This document shows, piece by piece, positions 1 through 13,015 of a stretch of 64,000 bases of DNA (its first letter is position 1; every line of letters begins with the position of its first letter). A program made the position numbers and the translations under genes. Origin of the DNA: Eledone cirrhosa (taxonomy: Eukaryota). Location of the stretch: positions 204,538,001 to 204,602,000 of the forward strand of contig OZ024740.1 in NCBI GenBank assembly GCA_964016885.1, written 5' to 3'. The notes beneath the pieces were generated by a model that saw only the letters and a program-made list of their open reading frames with translations, was not told where the DNA came from and searched no databases.

Positions 1-69
1 CGAGCATTGTTTGTTGTTTGTAAACAAACAAACACACCAAGCATTATAATAAATGTTCGGTAAACCGAT

Positions 70-352
70 ACGTGCATATACATATGTGTGCATGTATGTA
101 TATATATACATACAACTGTACGTCTGTATACATATATGTATGTACATATAGATACATACATACTTATATATATATATGTATATATATATATGTTTATGTA
201 TGAGTATATGTGTATATATGTATATGCTTGTGTATGTATGTACATGTATGTGTATGTATATGTGTATATATATGTATATATATATATATGTATATATATA
301 TGTATATATATGGGTGTGTATATATATGTATATGTATGTGTGTGTGTATGTG

Positions 353-399
<47 letters not shown>

Positions 400-568
400 A
401 TATGTGAGTATAGGTGTATGAATGTTTATATATGAGTATGTGCACATGTAAGAGGAGTGTACATATGCTCACACAAGTGTGTATATATATATATATATGT
501 GTGTATGTGTGTGTTGTATATGTATATATATATGTGTATGTATGTATATGTATATATATATGTATATA

Positions 569-613
<45 letters not shown>

Positions 614-692
614 ATATATGTATATATGTGTATATGTGTATGTATATATGTATGTATGTGTGTGTCTATATGTATGTACATGTATATATGTA

Positions 693-735
<43 letters not shown>
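70..735. repeat. (TA)n/(TG)n low-complexity tract, probably inside the Buster element upstream of its ORF
   Basis: Mixed TA/TG dinucleotides; source of the YI/CV ORFs. Confidence 0.95.
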
Positions 736-737
<2 letters not shown>

Positions 738-1441
738 AAAGTTAATTTAAGTACTTTTTGTAATTAAAAAAACTGTTAATTTCTCTTGTTTATTAATGTC
801 ATATTAAAAATGTTAACTGTAGATAAATAATATTGATATGATGTCTACTGCAAAGAAGCTGAAGTTAGATACCAGCAGTAAGGTTAGACAGTGGTGTGAT
901 GATTTTGTTAGATATGGATTTCAAAAAGCTGACACTAAAAAAGATACACCAGATCAGCTCATGTGTTTGCTATGTTCAAAAGTTCTATCAAATAGCCGTT
1001 TAAATCCTGCAAAACTTAAAAGACACCTTGATACTAATCACACCAATGATAAAAACAATTCACTGGAATACTTTACTTCGCTGAAAAACAACATAAAAAA
1101 ATCACAAGCTAATATGTATGACTTGTTTTGTAAAAAGTCAGATAGAAATAAAGCTTTAACAAGAACATCTTTTGAGATTTCACATTTGATTGGTAAAAAC
1201 AAGAAACCATTTACATTAGAACAGTTAATTCTGCCAAGTATAAAAATTGCTACAGAGAATCTTTTTGAAAGCTGCAGTATTAAGGACAAAGAAAAATTAA
1301 GCCAGTTACCATTGTCAGCAAATACTGTAAAAAGAAGGGTAATTGATATTTCTTCTGATATAGAAAATCAGATACTAACTGCACTAAAGAAAAGCCCATG
1401 TTTTGGTTTGCAAGTGGACGAAACTACGGATATTAATAACA

Positions 1442-2622
1442 GACTCAGACTCAGAAGCTCCCGCGTCTTGCGACGCATGAGGCAATCATAGTGTTCCACC
1501 GCGTTCGGTCAGCAGCCAGTTGCACAGCGTCCCGCCATTGTCTGTTTGTTGCTCGCAGGTCCCTCTCAACTGTCTGGCACCAGTTCATTTTGGGCCGCCC
1601 TCTCCGTCTGCTTCCCTGTTGGTTCCATTTAAGTACTTGGTTTGCCAGTCTCTCCGGGGGAAGTCTCAAAGCGTGCCCAAACCAGCCCAGGCGTCGCTTG
1701 CAGATGGCAGAAGAGACTATCTGCTGGTTGGTGCGGTTCCTGACTTCCTGGTTTGTTACATGGTCACTCCATTTAATCCCCAGGATCTTTCGCAGACACC
1801 TGGAATCGAATGCGTCCAACTTCTTCTCTTGGCTGGTCTTAAGGTGCCATGTTTCACTTCCGTACAAGAGTGTGGACAGCACGTTGCTGTTGTAGAATTT
1901 CATCTTTGTTTTGAGGGTGAACTTCCTGCTCTTCCAGATCTTGACAAGCTGGTTAAATGCTGCTGAAGCCTTTCCCATTCTACATTGCAATTCACTGTCC
2001 ATGGCGCCCCCATCGCCAATGGAGCTTCCTAGGTAGGTGAAGTTGTCCACTATCTCCACCTCCCCCTGTTCAATGAAAACACTAGTTGGTGATGGGTGTG
2101 TCCCAGATAACATGCTTTTGGTCTTCTTAGCACTGATATTGAGACCTAAGCTTCCTGTTTTGACATTGATATTGTTCATAATGATTTGCAGGTCAGCTGT
2201 GCTCTCTGCAAGTGCAACAATATTGTCCGCAAAGTCCAGGTCAGACAACTTTTGCTCTCCCACCCAAGATATACCCTGGTCTTTAGACGCTCTTCTTAGT
2301 ACCCAGTCAATGGCTATGGCAAAGAGAATTGGAGAGAGCAAGCAACCTTGATGCACGCCAGTAACCACCTCAAACCAGTCACTGTAACCATCCTCTGTCC
2401 GTATGCAGCACTTGGAGTTTGCGTAAATCTGTTTGATTCCGAAATGACTTTCTGGGGCAGACCATACTCATGCATGATGCTCCAGAGTGACAGCCGATGA
2501 ATGCTATCGAATGCTTTGGAGAAATCGATGAAGCTGAAGGCGAGGGCCTCTGGAATTCGTTGTACCTCTCAATGATGCGGTGTAACATAAAGATCTGCTC
2601 TGCACAGGAACGTTTTGGTCAG
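1442..2622 (-). mobile_element. 5'-truncated RTE-clade LINE (RT C-terminal part)
   Basis: GVHQGCLLSP, LDFADNI, FTYLGS, LLYGSETW; short (CTGAGT)n tail containing the stop codon; 11-bp TSD TATTAATAACA at 1431-1441 and 2623-2633. Confidence 0.93.
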
Positions 2623-3049
2623 TATTAATAACAAGGCTCAATTAATTTGCTATGTACGGTTTGTAGACCTTGATAAAAAAGAATTAGTAGAAGAGTATTT
2701 GTTTTGTCTGGCATTAGACATCACAACTAAAGGTCAAGATATATTCAATAAAATTGAAGAGTATTTTTTAAAAAATGGTGTATTTTGGAGCAAGTTGACT
2801 TCAATAACAACAGATGGAGCAGCTGCAATGACTGGTAAAAATTCTGGTTTGTATGCAAAAATTAAAGAACAGACCCCAAATTGTATTTCAAATCATTGTA
2901 TGATTCATCGAGAGGTTTTGTGTTAAAAAAAATTCAAAGACAGAGATGCTCAAATATTAAATGACCAGCTGAAAGACATTGTCAAAATTATCAATTTGAT
3001 CCATGCAAGAGTAAAAAATTCTAGAATGTTTGAATCTATTTGTGAATCG

Positions 3050-4783
3050 TGATTCCTGTCCTGGCGGGAATCGGCCTCCAGGTCAACTCGGCCAAGTCGG
3101 AGGTGGTGAACGTCAGCCTCGATGCTGCGAGCTTTGCAGCCTCCGTCTTGGATGTGCGGTCCATTCTCCGCCAGGTTCAGGTGACCCTCAAAGAGGATGT
3201 CCTGATCCTCGGGTCACCGATCCACCCGCCGGCCATCCGCTCCACCATCCGCTCCACCACCAGGTCCAGGCTTCAACAGCTCCAGACTCTCACGAGCCGA
3301 CTGGGCTTGATTGACGGCCACCCAGCTCTCTTTCTGCTGAGGAACTGCTTCGCCATGCCGAAGCTCCTCTATACACTCTGCAGCGCTCCATGCTACACCC
3401 AGAAATCTCTCCTCGCTAACCTCGATACTTGTATCCGAGCAGCAGCCGAGGGGATATGCAACGTCAAGTTTGACGACATAGGGTGGCAACAGGTATGGCA
3501 GCCTAGGCTTCCGATCCCAGATCTCACTAGCTTTGCCGGTGTATCTTTCATCGGTAACCTCGTGCTGCGTCCTCGTCAGCAGGGTTCTTCAAATCACAAC
3601 AGAACCCTCTGTGTTCAGAGAACGTGAGGCTGCCTGTGAGATGTGGGACCGGCTGGGACTTAGCCCAGTAGACGTCCCTCCTCCTTCTTCCCCTGTTGAC
3701 GTCAAGTCCCCCAACGCACTTGGGATGCCATCCAGTGCAGCCTGGCCTCAGACAGGCTCAAGTGCCAGCTCGACCTTGCTTGTTTTCGTGCGGCCTCCAA
3801 ACCCACAGTGGTGCCTGGCTCCATGCCCTGCCCTCCTTCTCCACTGGCACGCAGCTAGACAACCATAGCCTGCGAATCGGCGTTTCTCTGAGGCTCGGCC
3901 TCCGGATCTGCCAGCCACACCAATGTTGCTGCGGTTCCACTGTGGACTCTTTCGGCCTCCACCCGCTTTCCTGTCGCCACAGTGCCGGCCGCATTCCACG
4001 CCATACTGCCCTCAACGAGGTCATTAAGCATGGTTTGGATGCTGCAGGCTTCCCTTCCCAGCTCGAGCCGGTGGGGCTGGATCGAGGGGACGGCAAAAGA
4101 CCAGATGGCATGACCATCTTCCCGTTCCGCGGTGGCAAACCCCTCGTCTGGGATGCCACTTGCACCAACACTTTCTGCAGCCGCAACCTGGTGCAGTCTG
4201 CGTATGACCCAGGTTCTGCTGCACGTCGGGCTGAGGGGGTCAAACTCCTCAAATACCGGTCCTCGGCCCCAGGGCTACCTCCTTACTCACCACCATAGGC
4301 GCTGAGCTGGCCAGCCGCAGGTGTGAGCCCCGCAAGTTGGAGTGGCTTTTCCAGCGCGTCTCCCTTGCCGTCCTCTGGGGAAACGCCTTCTCCATTCTGT
4401 CCTCAGGGGCTGTGGGTGGGCCCCATCGCGTACCAATACATTAGTTAAATACCATTCTTTCATCGATGTTCAATGGTATAACTGAAGTCGTAGACTATTA
4501 TATATTAACATACACACTATTATATATTAATATACACACTATTATATATTAACATACACACTATTATATCTTTCTGAATGAATCGCGAGTTATTTATAAT
4601 GTTATCGAAGCATTTGTAATGTTATTTATGTATATATTTAAAACATATTTGTTATGTTATTCTACTGTAAATTTATTTATATGCTCTGTTTATATTTTCA
4701 TTCTGAAAGAATTGTAAACGATTTGTAATGTTATTTATACTTAATAAAAATTGAAATGTTACATTAAAAAAAAAAAAAAAAAA
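3050..4783 (+). mobile_element. 5'-truncated CRE-like non-LTR retrotransposon with restriction-like endonuclease
   Basis: GC-rich island; SGAWLHALP, C-C-H-C knuckle, RHTALN, KRPDG...WDATC; AT-rich 3'UTR, AATAAA at 4743, poly(A) 4766-4783; frameshifted. Confidence 0.85.
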
Positions 4784-5799
4784 TTATAATAGATTGTTAT
4801 TGAACAATGATGTGCGTTGGCTGTCTTTTGGAGATGCTATGAAGAGAGTTTTTGAACTGAGAGAAGAAATAATAGTTTTCCTAAAAAAACAGAATGATGA
4901 AAGAGCAAGTGTATTAGAAACCAATGAATGGAATGTGCAACTCGCTTATTTAGTAGACATTTTTGGTGAAATGAACAAATTAAATAGGTGTCTTCAGGAT
5001 AACAATGCAGATATTTTTACTTCAATCAATTTTTACATATTTTCAATAAAAATTAAACATCTTTATAAAAAGAATTGAATCGGACAATTACTCATTACTT
5101 TCAAACCTTGAAATAGAGCTTAAAAAGAGAGAAAATTTTGACTCCAGCAATCTAAAGAAGATTATTCTTTCTCATTTAAATGTGCTTTCCACAAGTTTTT
5201 CAGATTATTTTGACTTGATGGAAAAAGATATTGTTAACGGAAATTTATGGATAAAAAACCCGTTCACGGAGATCGAGCAGTTAGTGTCAGAAAATGACGC
5301 TGGAAATTGTAAAAATTTACTACCTGCACAATGCTTACATCAGTTGATGGATTTGAATTCAAACGAAGACCTGAAAGTGATATTCGAAAGCAGAAAGAAA
5401 GAACTATGGATCGACTTATTCTTGATTGGGGAGTTTAATGAAATCAGCCAACTTGCATTGAAGTATTTGACTTTATTCCCATCTAGCTACTTGTGTGAAA
5501 AAGGGTTTTCGCAGTTGGTGGAAATCTGCACAAAGAAGAGGAATAAACTGTCAGCAATTGACGAGTGTATGAGACTGGCATTAACTAGTATTGAACCTCG
5601 ATTTTCTAAACTCACTGATGAGGCGCAGCAGCAGAAAAGCCACTAGTTAATTGTGTTCAATTACATACACACGCATGAAACACTAAAATAAATAAATACT
5701 TTATTATTTTTTTTTTTTAAGTTTTGTATTGTATAGGTTCCGTGAAGAATTCAAAATATTTAGAGGGTTCCTTGGTTTTAGAAAGGTTGGCGACCACTG

Positions 5800-6000
5800 A
5801 TGTAGGTAACACGGTAAAAAGCTCCCAGTCCACACTGTAAATGTGGTTGGTGTTAGGAAGGGCATCCAGCCATAGAAAACCTGCCAGATAGTCCTATACG
5901 AGCGAGACACGGTCACCCAACCAATCTTGCCTCAAATGGGACAATTCCCATCTAACCCATGCTAGCATGGAAGATAGACATTAAACGATGATGATGATGA
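5800..6000 (+). mobile_element. 3' part of a SINE with (GAT)n tail (family A)
   Basis: GTGGTTGGTGTTAGGAAGGGCATCCAGC...CCATGCTAGCATGG...(GAT)n; recurs near 13800-14130, 20390-20890 (-), 26860-27000 (-), 27145-27290, 28030-28255 and 43090-43240 (-). Confidence 0.8.
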
Positions 6001-6027
6001 TATATTTTATATATATATATATATATA

Positions 6028-6250
6028 TATGGCAATTAAACGAGAAAGGAGTCCCACATAAGATTACTTGGAAGGTACTTGAAAGATCCAGACCTTCATC
6101 AATGGTACCAAGAAATGTTGTCTGTCTTAGTGAGAAATTTAGAATATTACAGGGTTTGTCGTCTCCAAACAATAATTATTTGAACTCAAAGAATGACATT
6201 TTTAGGGGATACCTTCATCTCCAAAACTAACTGCTAGCTAAGTGGAAATA
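6028..6250 (+). mobile_element. Penelope-like element fragment (C-terminal end of the GIY-YIG region)
   Basis: IWQL..K...ITWKVL...CLSEK..IL...LNSK resembles the 57186 ORF; abuts (TA)n. Confidence 0.65.
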
Positions 6251-6384
6251 CTTAACAAATTCAACTGATTTTCAACCACCTTAATTTGATTAATATACTT
6301 CTTAATAACTTTTATTTCTCTTTCCACACTTACATAATACAGTACACCTTCTATACTATTCTACTCCATACCTTAATAAATGTT

Positions 6385-6565
6385 TCTTATATAGGCACAA
6401 GGCCAGCCATTTTGGGGGAGGAGAAAGTCGATTAAATCGACCCCAGTGCATGACTAGTACTTTATTTTATCGACCCCGTAAGGATGAAAGGCAAAGTTAA
6501 CCTCGGTGGAATTTGAACTCAGATCATAAAGGGCCATAACTCTATGCTGCAAAGCATACTCCATG
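6385..6565 (-). mobile_element. tRNA-derived SINE (family B)
   Basis: B-box-like GAGTTCAAATTCC then GCCTTTCATCC..GGGGTCGATAAAATAAAGTAC; copies near 9467, 13026, 20195, 26610, 48610, 48770, 49325, 53130 and 63210. Confidence 0.85.
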
Positions 6566-6944
6566 CCTTAATAATACCGTCTCCATATTACATACCACCA
6601 CATAATACCATACCTCTTTTATAACGCACGAATAATGACACGTGTACGACTTTGCTATAATACATTTTTTGTTAACTAGCGTTTTAGCGCGTATAACTTT
6701 AAGGTATCTTAAAAACTCGTTTAGGTGCCTGAAGATTATGTCACAAATTTGATCCCTCTTATAATCTGGCGATATGGTCAATATTTGCCCTTTAAATCTT
6801 AGGTAGTGCTTTTGTTCTGTGTATGAACATAAATAATATATTTGCTCTCTACTCGACTGAGCACTGTTTTCCTTTTTTCCTTTTTCACACCTACAGATAT
6901 TTTACACACACATTTTTTTTCTTTTTCATTTGTCTGTCACCCAC

Positions 6945-7028
6945 CTTGAAGTTTCTTTTTCTGTTGGCCGCTAACTGATAGTCTCTGACTTCTGAGGCAT
7001 ATTTGGGCACCGCTGTCTTTGACAACAT
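6945..7028 (-). CDS. Putative first coding exon of an unidentified gene running leftward out of the window
   Basis: ATG plus 28 open codons (MLSKTAVPKYASEVRDYQLAANRKRNFK), then AAG|GTGGGT donor; non-repeat, CpG-richer upstream region with (CTA)n. No homology recognised. Confidence 0.35.
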
Positions 7029-7050
7029 TTAGCTGTTCTAACGTAGTAGC

Positions 7051-7087
<37 letters not shown>

Positions 7088-8007
7088 ATAGTAGTAGTAG
7101 TAGTAGAAAGAGTTACTTGTACTTTTTTTCTGCTGCTGCTTACTGTCAATGAGAAAGAAATCCTACTACCAGGTTGCAGTCTCAAGAATTGAGGTTAACC
7201 AAGTATAATCAAAAAGATCGGTTATCAGACCATGCAATAGAACTCATCTATGTGTCCTATCATGCCCGAAACAATGGCTCCCGTATAATTATCAGCTTCT
7301 CAAAAGAGAGACGTCCGGCTCGGCTTGCACCGATTACAATAAATACTAACAGACCATCGCTCTAGACATGGTCCGTGCTGCTTTTGCGTCCTTAATATCC
7401 AAAGTACAAATGTTTCGAACTTAGATTTGCTTCTCGGCTGATGATGTGACCATTTTGAAAGTCTGTTCAGTCATGACTTGTCTGCCAACCAGCCGAGCTG
7501 ACTGCACATAAACTCCACATACACAACCCTTACGCTAGCATCATGGATGTACTGACTGTCGAGGTCCATGAAGTTATATAGAAACTGAAAATCAATAATA
7601 ACAACAGCTATGACAACGACAACCACAACAACAGCTGGATTATGAACAAACAGGCTTTCATTGCGCCACTCTTAAAGGTTCGACCTGAGAGACAAATCAA
7701 CCAAATTTCCTTTAAATCACACCCTATCATGCTAAAAGAAAAAGGTCATATTAGATAATCTGGTCCTAGATAGTCATTATCCGACAAAAGGCGGTATGGT
7801 CACGGGTTGAATGTCTTTTGTTATAGATCTGTTCAATGAGGGTCGAATTGGAAAGGAGTAAAACAACAACAATCACAACGATTATAACTATAGCAGAAAG
7901 TAGAAGTTGTGGCATTACACGCTAGAGCACACACACAATAAGTAGGAACGAGTGCGGAGGCGCAGCTCTAATTTCTTCTTATCTTTCTTTAACAAAAATA
8001 TACATTA

Positions 8008-8884
8008 CTAGCAGTGGTACCCGGCATTGCACGGGATAAGGTATTTTGGATCGTGGGCCGCCAACAGACCTAATCGTGGAAAAACTGCATGCCTTGACAA
8101 TATGTAAAGAAAATAAACCAAATACTCTGATGGCTGGATAATCTTTAATATTTTCCTCGATGAAGCAGGAAAAATGCAGGTTTTCACCTAATGTGGGCCC
8201 TAGGGCACCAAGAAAATGAATTTTTTTTATGTGTATAATATGCCTTGAAATTTCAGGAAAATCGGCTAGACGTAACGCCTCAAAAGAGCCCTAAAAAGCT
8301 GAAAAAATGAAGTTTTTCACCTAATGCGGGCCCTATGCCATAAAAAAGTTGGACTTTCTTTGCTCACGGTATGAAGAAGAAACTGACTAATACATAGTTA
8401 GAATTTCACGGAACTGAAAACCTGAAAAAATGCAGTTTTTCACCTAAAAAAGTTGAATTTTTTTATGTGCATAACACTCCCTGAAACATAAGTAATACAC
8501 ATGTAAAGTTTGAGAAAGTCGGTTGGGTACTTCTCGAGTTTTAGGGATTCAAACTCACAGACACACACACAGAGACAGACATCCCCGGGGAAGTGACGTA
8601 ATGCAGAGAGTCAGACATACAGACAGATATTATAAGGGCGCGACGTTATATGTATGTATCTATCTAAAAAGAGAAAAATTAAGAATTATAGAGAGAGATC
8701 GCTAAATCGCCTAATGCGGTCCCTAGGGCATTGAAAATTTGAAATTTGTTTTGCTCAGAATACTCCATGAAACATAAGTATTACATGTGTAAAGTTTGAA
8801 AACAGTCGGTTGGGTGGTTCTCGAGTTTTAGGGATTCAAACTCACACACACATAGACAGACATCCTCAGTTTTATATATATAGA
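8008..8884 (-). mobile_element. Non-autonomous Helitron, copy A
   Basis: 5' TCTATATATATAAAAC; 3' hairpin CCCGTGCAATGCCGGG then CTAG|T. Confidence 0.85.
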
Positions 8885-8919
8885 CTAGCAGAAAACTACC
8901 CGGGGCGGTTTTCTGCTAG

Positions 8920-9436
8920 TCTATATATCTAAAACAGAGAATGTCTGTCTGTCTGTCAGCTCACTAAAACTTGAGAACCATCCAACCAATTGTTTTCAAA
9001 CTTTAGACATGTAATACTTATGGTCCTGTGAGTGTTTTGAGCAAAAATTATTTCAAATTTTCAATGCCCTAGGGACCGCATTAGGCGATTTAGCGTTCTC
9101 TCTATATAATTCTTAGTCTTTCTTTTTAGATAGATACATAGATATAACGTTTCGCCCTTATAATATCTGTCTGTATGTCTGGCTGTCTGCATTACGTCAT
9201 TATGACGCGCTCAGCGCGATTCCCTCGGCCTCAGTGACCAAAGTTAGTGGAGAGGGGGAGGGTAATGTTTCTGTAGCACGTGTTTTAGCGTCTATTCACT
9301 CTCTCTCTCTCTCCCTCTCTCCCTCCCGCTATCCCCCTCTCGTAGTCTGTCTCTTTCTTTCACTCTCACTCTCTCTCTACGCACGTGTTTCCACTGTCGG
9401 ACAGACAGACAGAGAAATTGCTGGTTATATATATAA
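8920..9436. mobile_element. Chimeric Helitron segment with 5'-type ends on both sides; repeated at 11811-12456
   Basis: Starts TCTATATATCTAAAAC on +; the right end matches the 5' end of the 12457-13015 element on -. Confidence 0.65.
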
Positions 9437-9576
9437 GTAGATAAAAAAAATCTGAGGAAACATTTTAAGGCGACGAATTAGCAAAATCGTTACGGCGTCG
9501 GATTATAATTGACTCGGTATTTATTTCAACTTTCTGCATTCCAAATTCAAATCCTGCCAGGGTCTACTTTGACTTT

Positions 9577-10876
9577 CATCGTTTCGTGGCTCCTCCGGCC
9601 ACAGAAAGAGTCTGACCCTGGGACTTGTTAATGGACATGGCAAAACTGACCCGAAGCGAGAATTGCAGTCTTTTGAAAGTAAATGGAATTTCGGCTCCCG
9701 AGGGAGTAAGAGGAATTCTCGGAATAAAGACATCGTCGCCTTTTCCGCACCCAGAGAAGATTGTTGCCTCGATAACATGGTCCATCATTTTCTTTACAGC
9801 CAGGCGTGTTCCGTTGCACAGCCTCAGTGGCTCCAAATTCCGCGGCAACATAACAGGAGTCCCTACTTTAAGGCGTAGTATGTGGGGCGGTAGTCCCAGA
9901 GGCTGTAAGGAGTTTAGCAATTCTGGTGGAAAGTTCACCACTTCATTTAGATCGGGCATCGTGCCAACAGACTTGTAGTTGCGAAGAGCACCAGGAAGGG
10001 AATCCAGTAGCAGGTCGTTGAAATTGTTAACAGTGGCGTTTTTTGGAGCAAGCACTACTCTTTCGCACAACCATGTGTGGTCCTGGAAATGGTGTTGCAA
10101 ATCCGGAAACACTTTGTCTTTGAGCTCTGCCGCAGAATTAACAGAAGTCGCAAATGGCCACACTTCCAGTTCGCCTTCAGCGTCAAGAGGCATGTTGCTG
10201 TTGCCAAGCTTCAGAATCTCCCGTGCAAAGTCAACGGACGTTTGGTCACCGTGCAATTAAGTCCTCATGTTGGTTGTAAGAGTCAGTTTCCTGACATGGC
10301 GCCATAGGGGAGATGACTTCAGACATGCTTGGGCCTAGTCAGCTCGTGTACCTTTGGGAATTACAGGGAAGGTCTGCCTAAAGTCGCCCGAAAGCATGGT
10401 ACGTAAGTAAGCAACACTGTAGCTTAAAATGTGAGGAAGAAGTTGTGTGCACTTAGCAACTGTTTAGGGAATGAGTGTGAGATTTGTTTTGAGCAAGGGT
10501 GGCGGAATTACCGGAGGCAGTAGACAGCCAGACACACAGACAGATATTATAAGGACGCATTCTGGACGCAGATGGAATTGTGGGAAGTGACGTAATGCAG
10601 ACAGCCAGACATACAGACAGATATTATAGGGGCGAGACGCTATATGTATGTATCTATCTAAAAAGAGAAAGATTAAGAATTATAGAGAGAGATCGCTAAA
10701 TCGCCTAATGCGGTCCCTAGGGCATTGAAAATTTGAAATCCTTTTTGCTCAGAACACTCCCTGAAACATAAGTATTACATGTGTAAAGTTTGAAAAGTCA
10801 GTTGGGTGCTTCTCGAGTTTTAGGGATTCAAACTCACACACACACAGACAGACATCCTCAGTTTTATATATATAGA
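9577..10876 (-). mobile_element. Helitron copy carrying a PIF1-like RepHel helicase fragment (about 9577-10400)
   Basis: GDFRQ, LAPKN, LPPH.L.LKVG, LCNGTRL, PRI, RLQF, FAMSINKSQGQTL; 5' TC end at 10876. Confidence 0.9.
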
Positions 10877-11775
10877 CTAGCAGTGGTACCCGGCGTTGCA
10901 CGGGATAAGATATTTTGGATCGCGGGCCGCCAACAGACCTAATCGTGGAAAAACTTCATGCCTCGACAATATACTGATGGCTGGATAATCTTTAATATTT
11001 TCCTCGATGAAGCAGGAAAAATGCAGGTTTTCACCTAATGTGGGCCATAGGGGATCAAGAAAATGAATTTTTTTTATGTGTATAATATGCTTTGAAATTT
11101 CGGGAAAATCGGCTAGACGTAACGCCTCAAAAAAGCCCTAAAAAGCTGAAAAAATGAAGTTGTTCACCTAATGCGGGCCTTAGACCATAAAAAAGTTGGA
11201 TTTTCTTTGCTCATTGTATGAAGATGAGACTGATTAATACATAGTTACAATTTCAAGGAACTCGGTCTGATGTAACGCCTCAAAAACCCCCTAAAAAGCT
11301 TTTAAAAACGCAGTTTTTCACCTAATGCGGGCCTTAGGAGATCAAAATGTTGAATTTTATGTGCATAACATTCCCTGAAACATAAGTAATACACATGTAA
11401 AGTTTGAAAAAAATCGGTTGTGTACTTCTCGAGTTTTAGGGATTCAAACTCATACACACACACAGACAGACATCCTCAGGGAAGTGACGTAATGCAGACA
11501 GTCAGACATACAGACAGATATTATAAGGGCGCGACGTTATATGTATGTATCTATCTAAAAAGAGAAAGATTAAGAATTATAGAGAGAGATTGCTAAATTG
11601 CCTAATGCGGTCCATAGGGCATTGAAAATTTGAAATTTGTTTTGCTCAGAATACTCCATGAAACATAAGTATTACATGTGTAAAGTTTGAAAACAGTCGG
11701 TTGGGTGGTTCTCGAGTTTTAGGGATTCAAACTCACACACACATAGACAGACATCCTCAGTTTTATATATATAGA
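10877..11775 (-). mobile_element. Non-autonomous Helitron, copy B (paralog of A), joined CTAG|TC to the helicase copy
   Basis: Near-identical to 8008-8884; same termini. Confidence 0.85.
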
Positions 11776-12456
11776 CTAGCAGAAAACTACCCGGGGCGGT
11801 TTTCTGCTAGTCTATATATCTAAAACAGAGAATGTCTGTCTGTCTGTCAGCTCACTAAAACTTGAGAACCATCCAACCAATTGTTTTCAAACTTTAGACA
11901 TGTAATACTTATGGTCCTGTGAGTGTTTTGAGCAAAAATTATTTCAAATTTTCAATGCCCTAGGGACCGCATTAGGCGATTTAGCGTTCTCTCTATATAA
12001 TTCTTAGTCTTTCTTTTTAGATAGATACATAGATATAACGTTTCGCCCTTATAATATCTGTCTGTATGTCTGGCTGTCTGCATTACGTCATTATGACGCG
12101 CTCAGCGCGATTCCCTCGGCCTCAGTGACCAAAGTCAGTGGAGAGGGGAAGGTAATGTTTCTGTAGCACGTGTTTTAGCGTCTATTCACTCTCTCTCTCT
12201 CCCTCCCGCTATCCCCCTCTCGTAGTCTGTCTCTTTCTTTCACTCTCACTCTCTCTACGCGTGCGCAAAAAACATTCGCACGCTCGCACGTGTTTTAGCG
12301 TCTATTCACTCTCTCTCTCTCCCTCTCTCCCTCCCGCTATCCCCCTCTCGTAGTCTGTCTCTTTCTTTCACTCTCACTCTCTCTCTACGCGCACGTGTTT
12401 CCACTGTCGGACAGACAGACAAACAGGGAAATTGCTGGTTATATATTATAAAGAGA

Positions 12457-13015
12457 CTAGCAGAAAACCGCCCACCGGGTGGTTTTCTGCTAGTATATAT
12501 ATATATTACACACACAGAAATGTATATATATTTCTGTGTGTGTATATATATATATATATATATTACACACACAGAAATGTATATATATTTATGTGTGTAT
12601 ATATATATATATTACACACACAGAAATGTATATATATTTCTGTGTGTATATATATATATTTCTGTGTGTATATATATATATATATTACACACACACAGAA
12701 ATGTATATATGTTTCTGTAGCACTCCTCAATTCCCCCCTCTGTCCCTCCCGCTATCCCCCTCTTGTAGTCTGTCTCTTTCTTTCACTCTCACTCTCTCTC
12801 TACGCGTGCGCAAAAAACATTCGCACGCGTTTTAGCGTCTATTCACTCTCTCTCTCCCTCTCTCCCTCCCGATATCCCCCTCTCGTAGTCTGTCTCTTTC
12901 TTTCACTCTCACTCTCTCTCTACGCGTGCGCAAAAAACATTCGCACGCGCGTCATGTTTCCACTGTCGGACAGACAGACAAACAGAGAAATTGCTGGTTA
13001 TATATTATAAGGAGA
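12457..13015 (-). mobile_element. Non-autonomous Helitron of a second family, with internal CT-rich and TA-rich tandem repeats
   Basis: A|TCTCCTTATAATATATAACC 5' end; palindromic 3' end terminating in CTAG. Confidence 0.75.

Larger units (their letters stand above)
838..5799 (+). mobile_element. hAT Buster/Charlie-type DNA transposon, transposase split by two retrotransposons; left end outside the window
   Basis: BED finger CLLC..KLKRHLDTNH; LQVDETTD, TDGA, HCMIHRE, DVRWLS, SYLCEKGFS motifs in segments 838-1441, 2634-3049 and 4784-5646. Nonsense codon at 2924 and a frameshift near 5040. Right TIR GGTTGGCGACCACTG ends at 5799, followed by 8-bp ATGTAGGT (central TA). Confidence 0.93.

Noticed and set aside
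88-767. YI/CV-rich ORFs, also at 12432-13010 and 59122-59964
   Set aside because: Microsatellite translations
9576-10256. Host PIF1 helicase gene
   Set aside because: Intronless, truncated, disrupted upstream and bounded by Helitron ends
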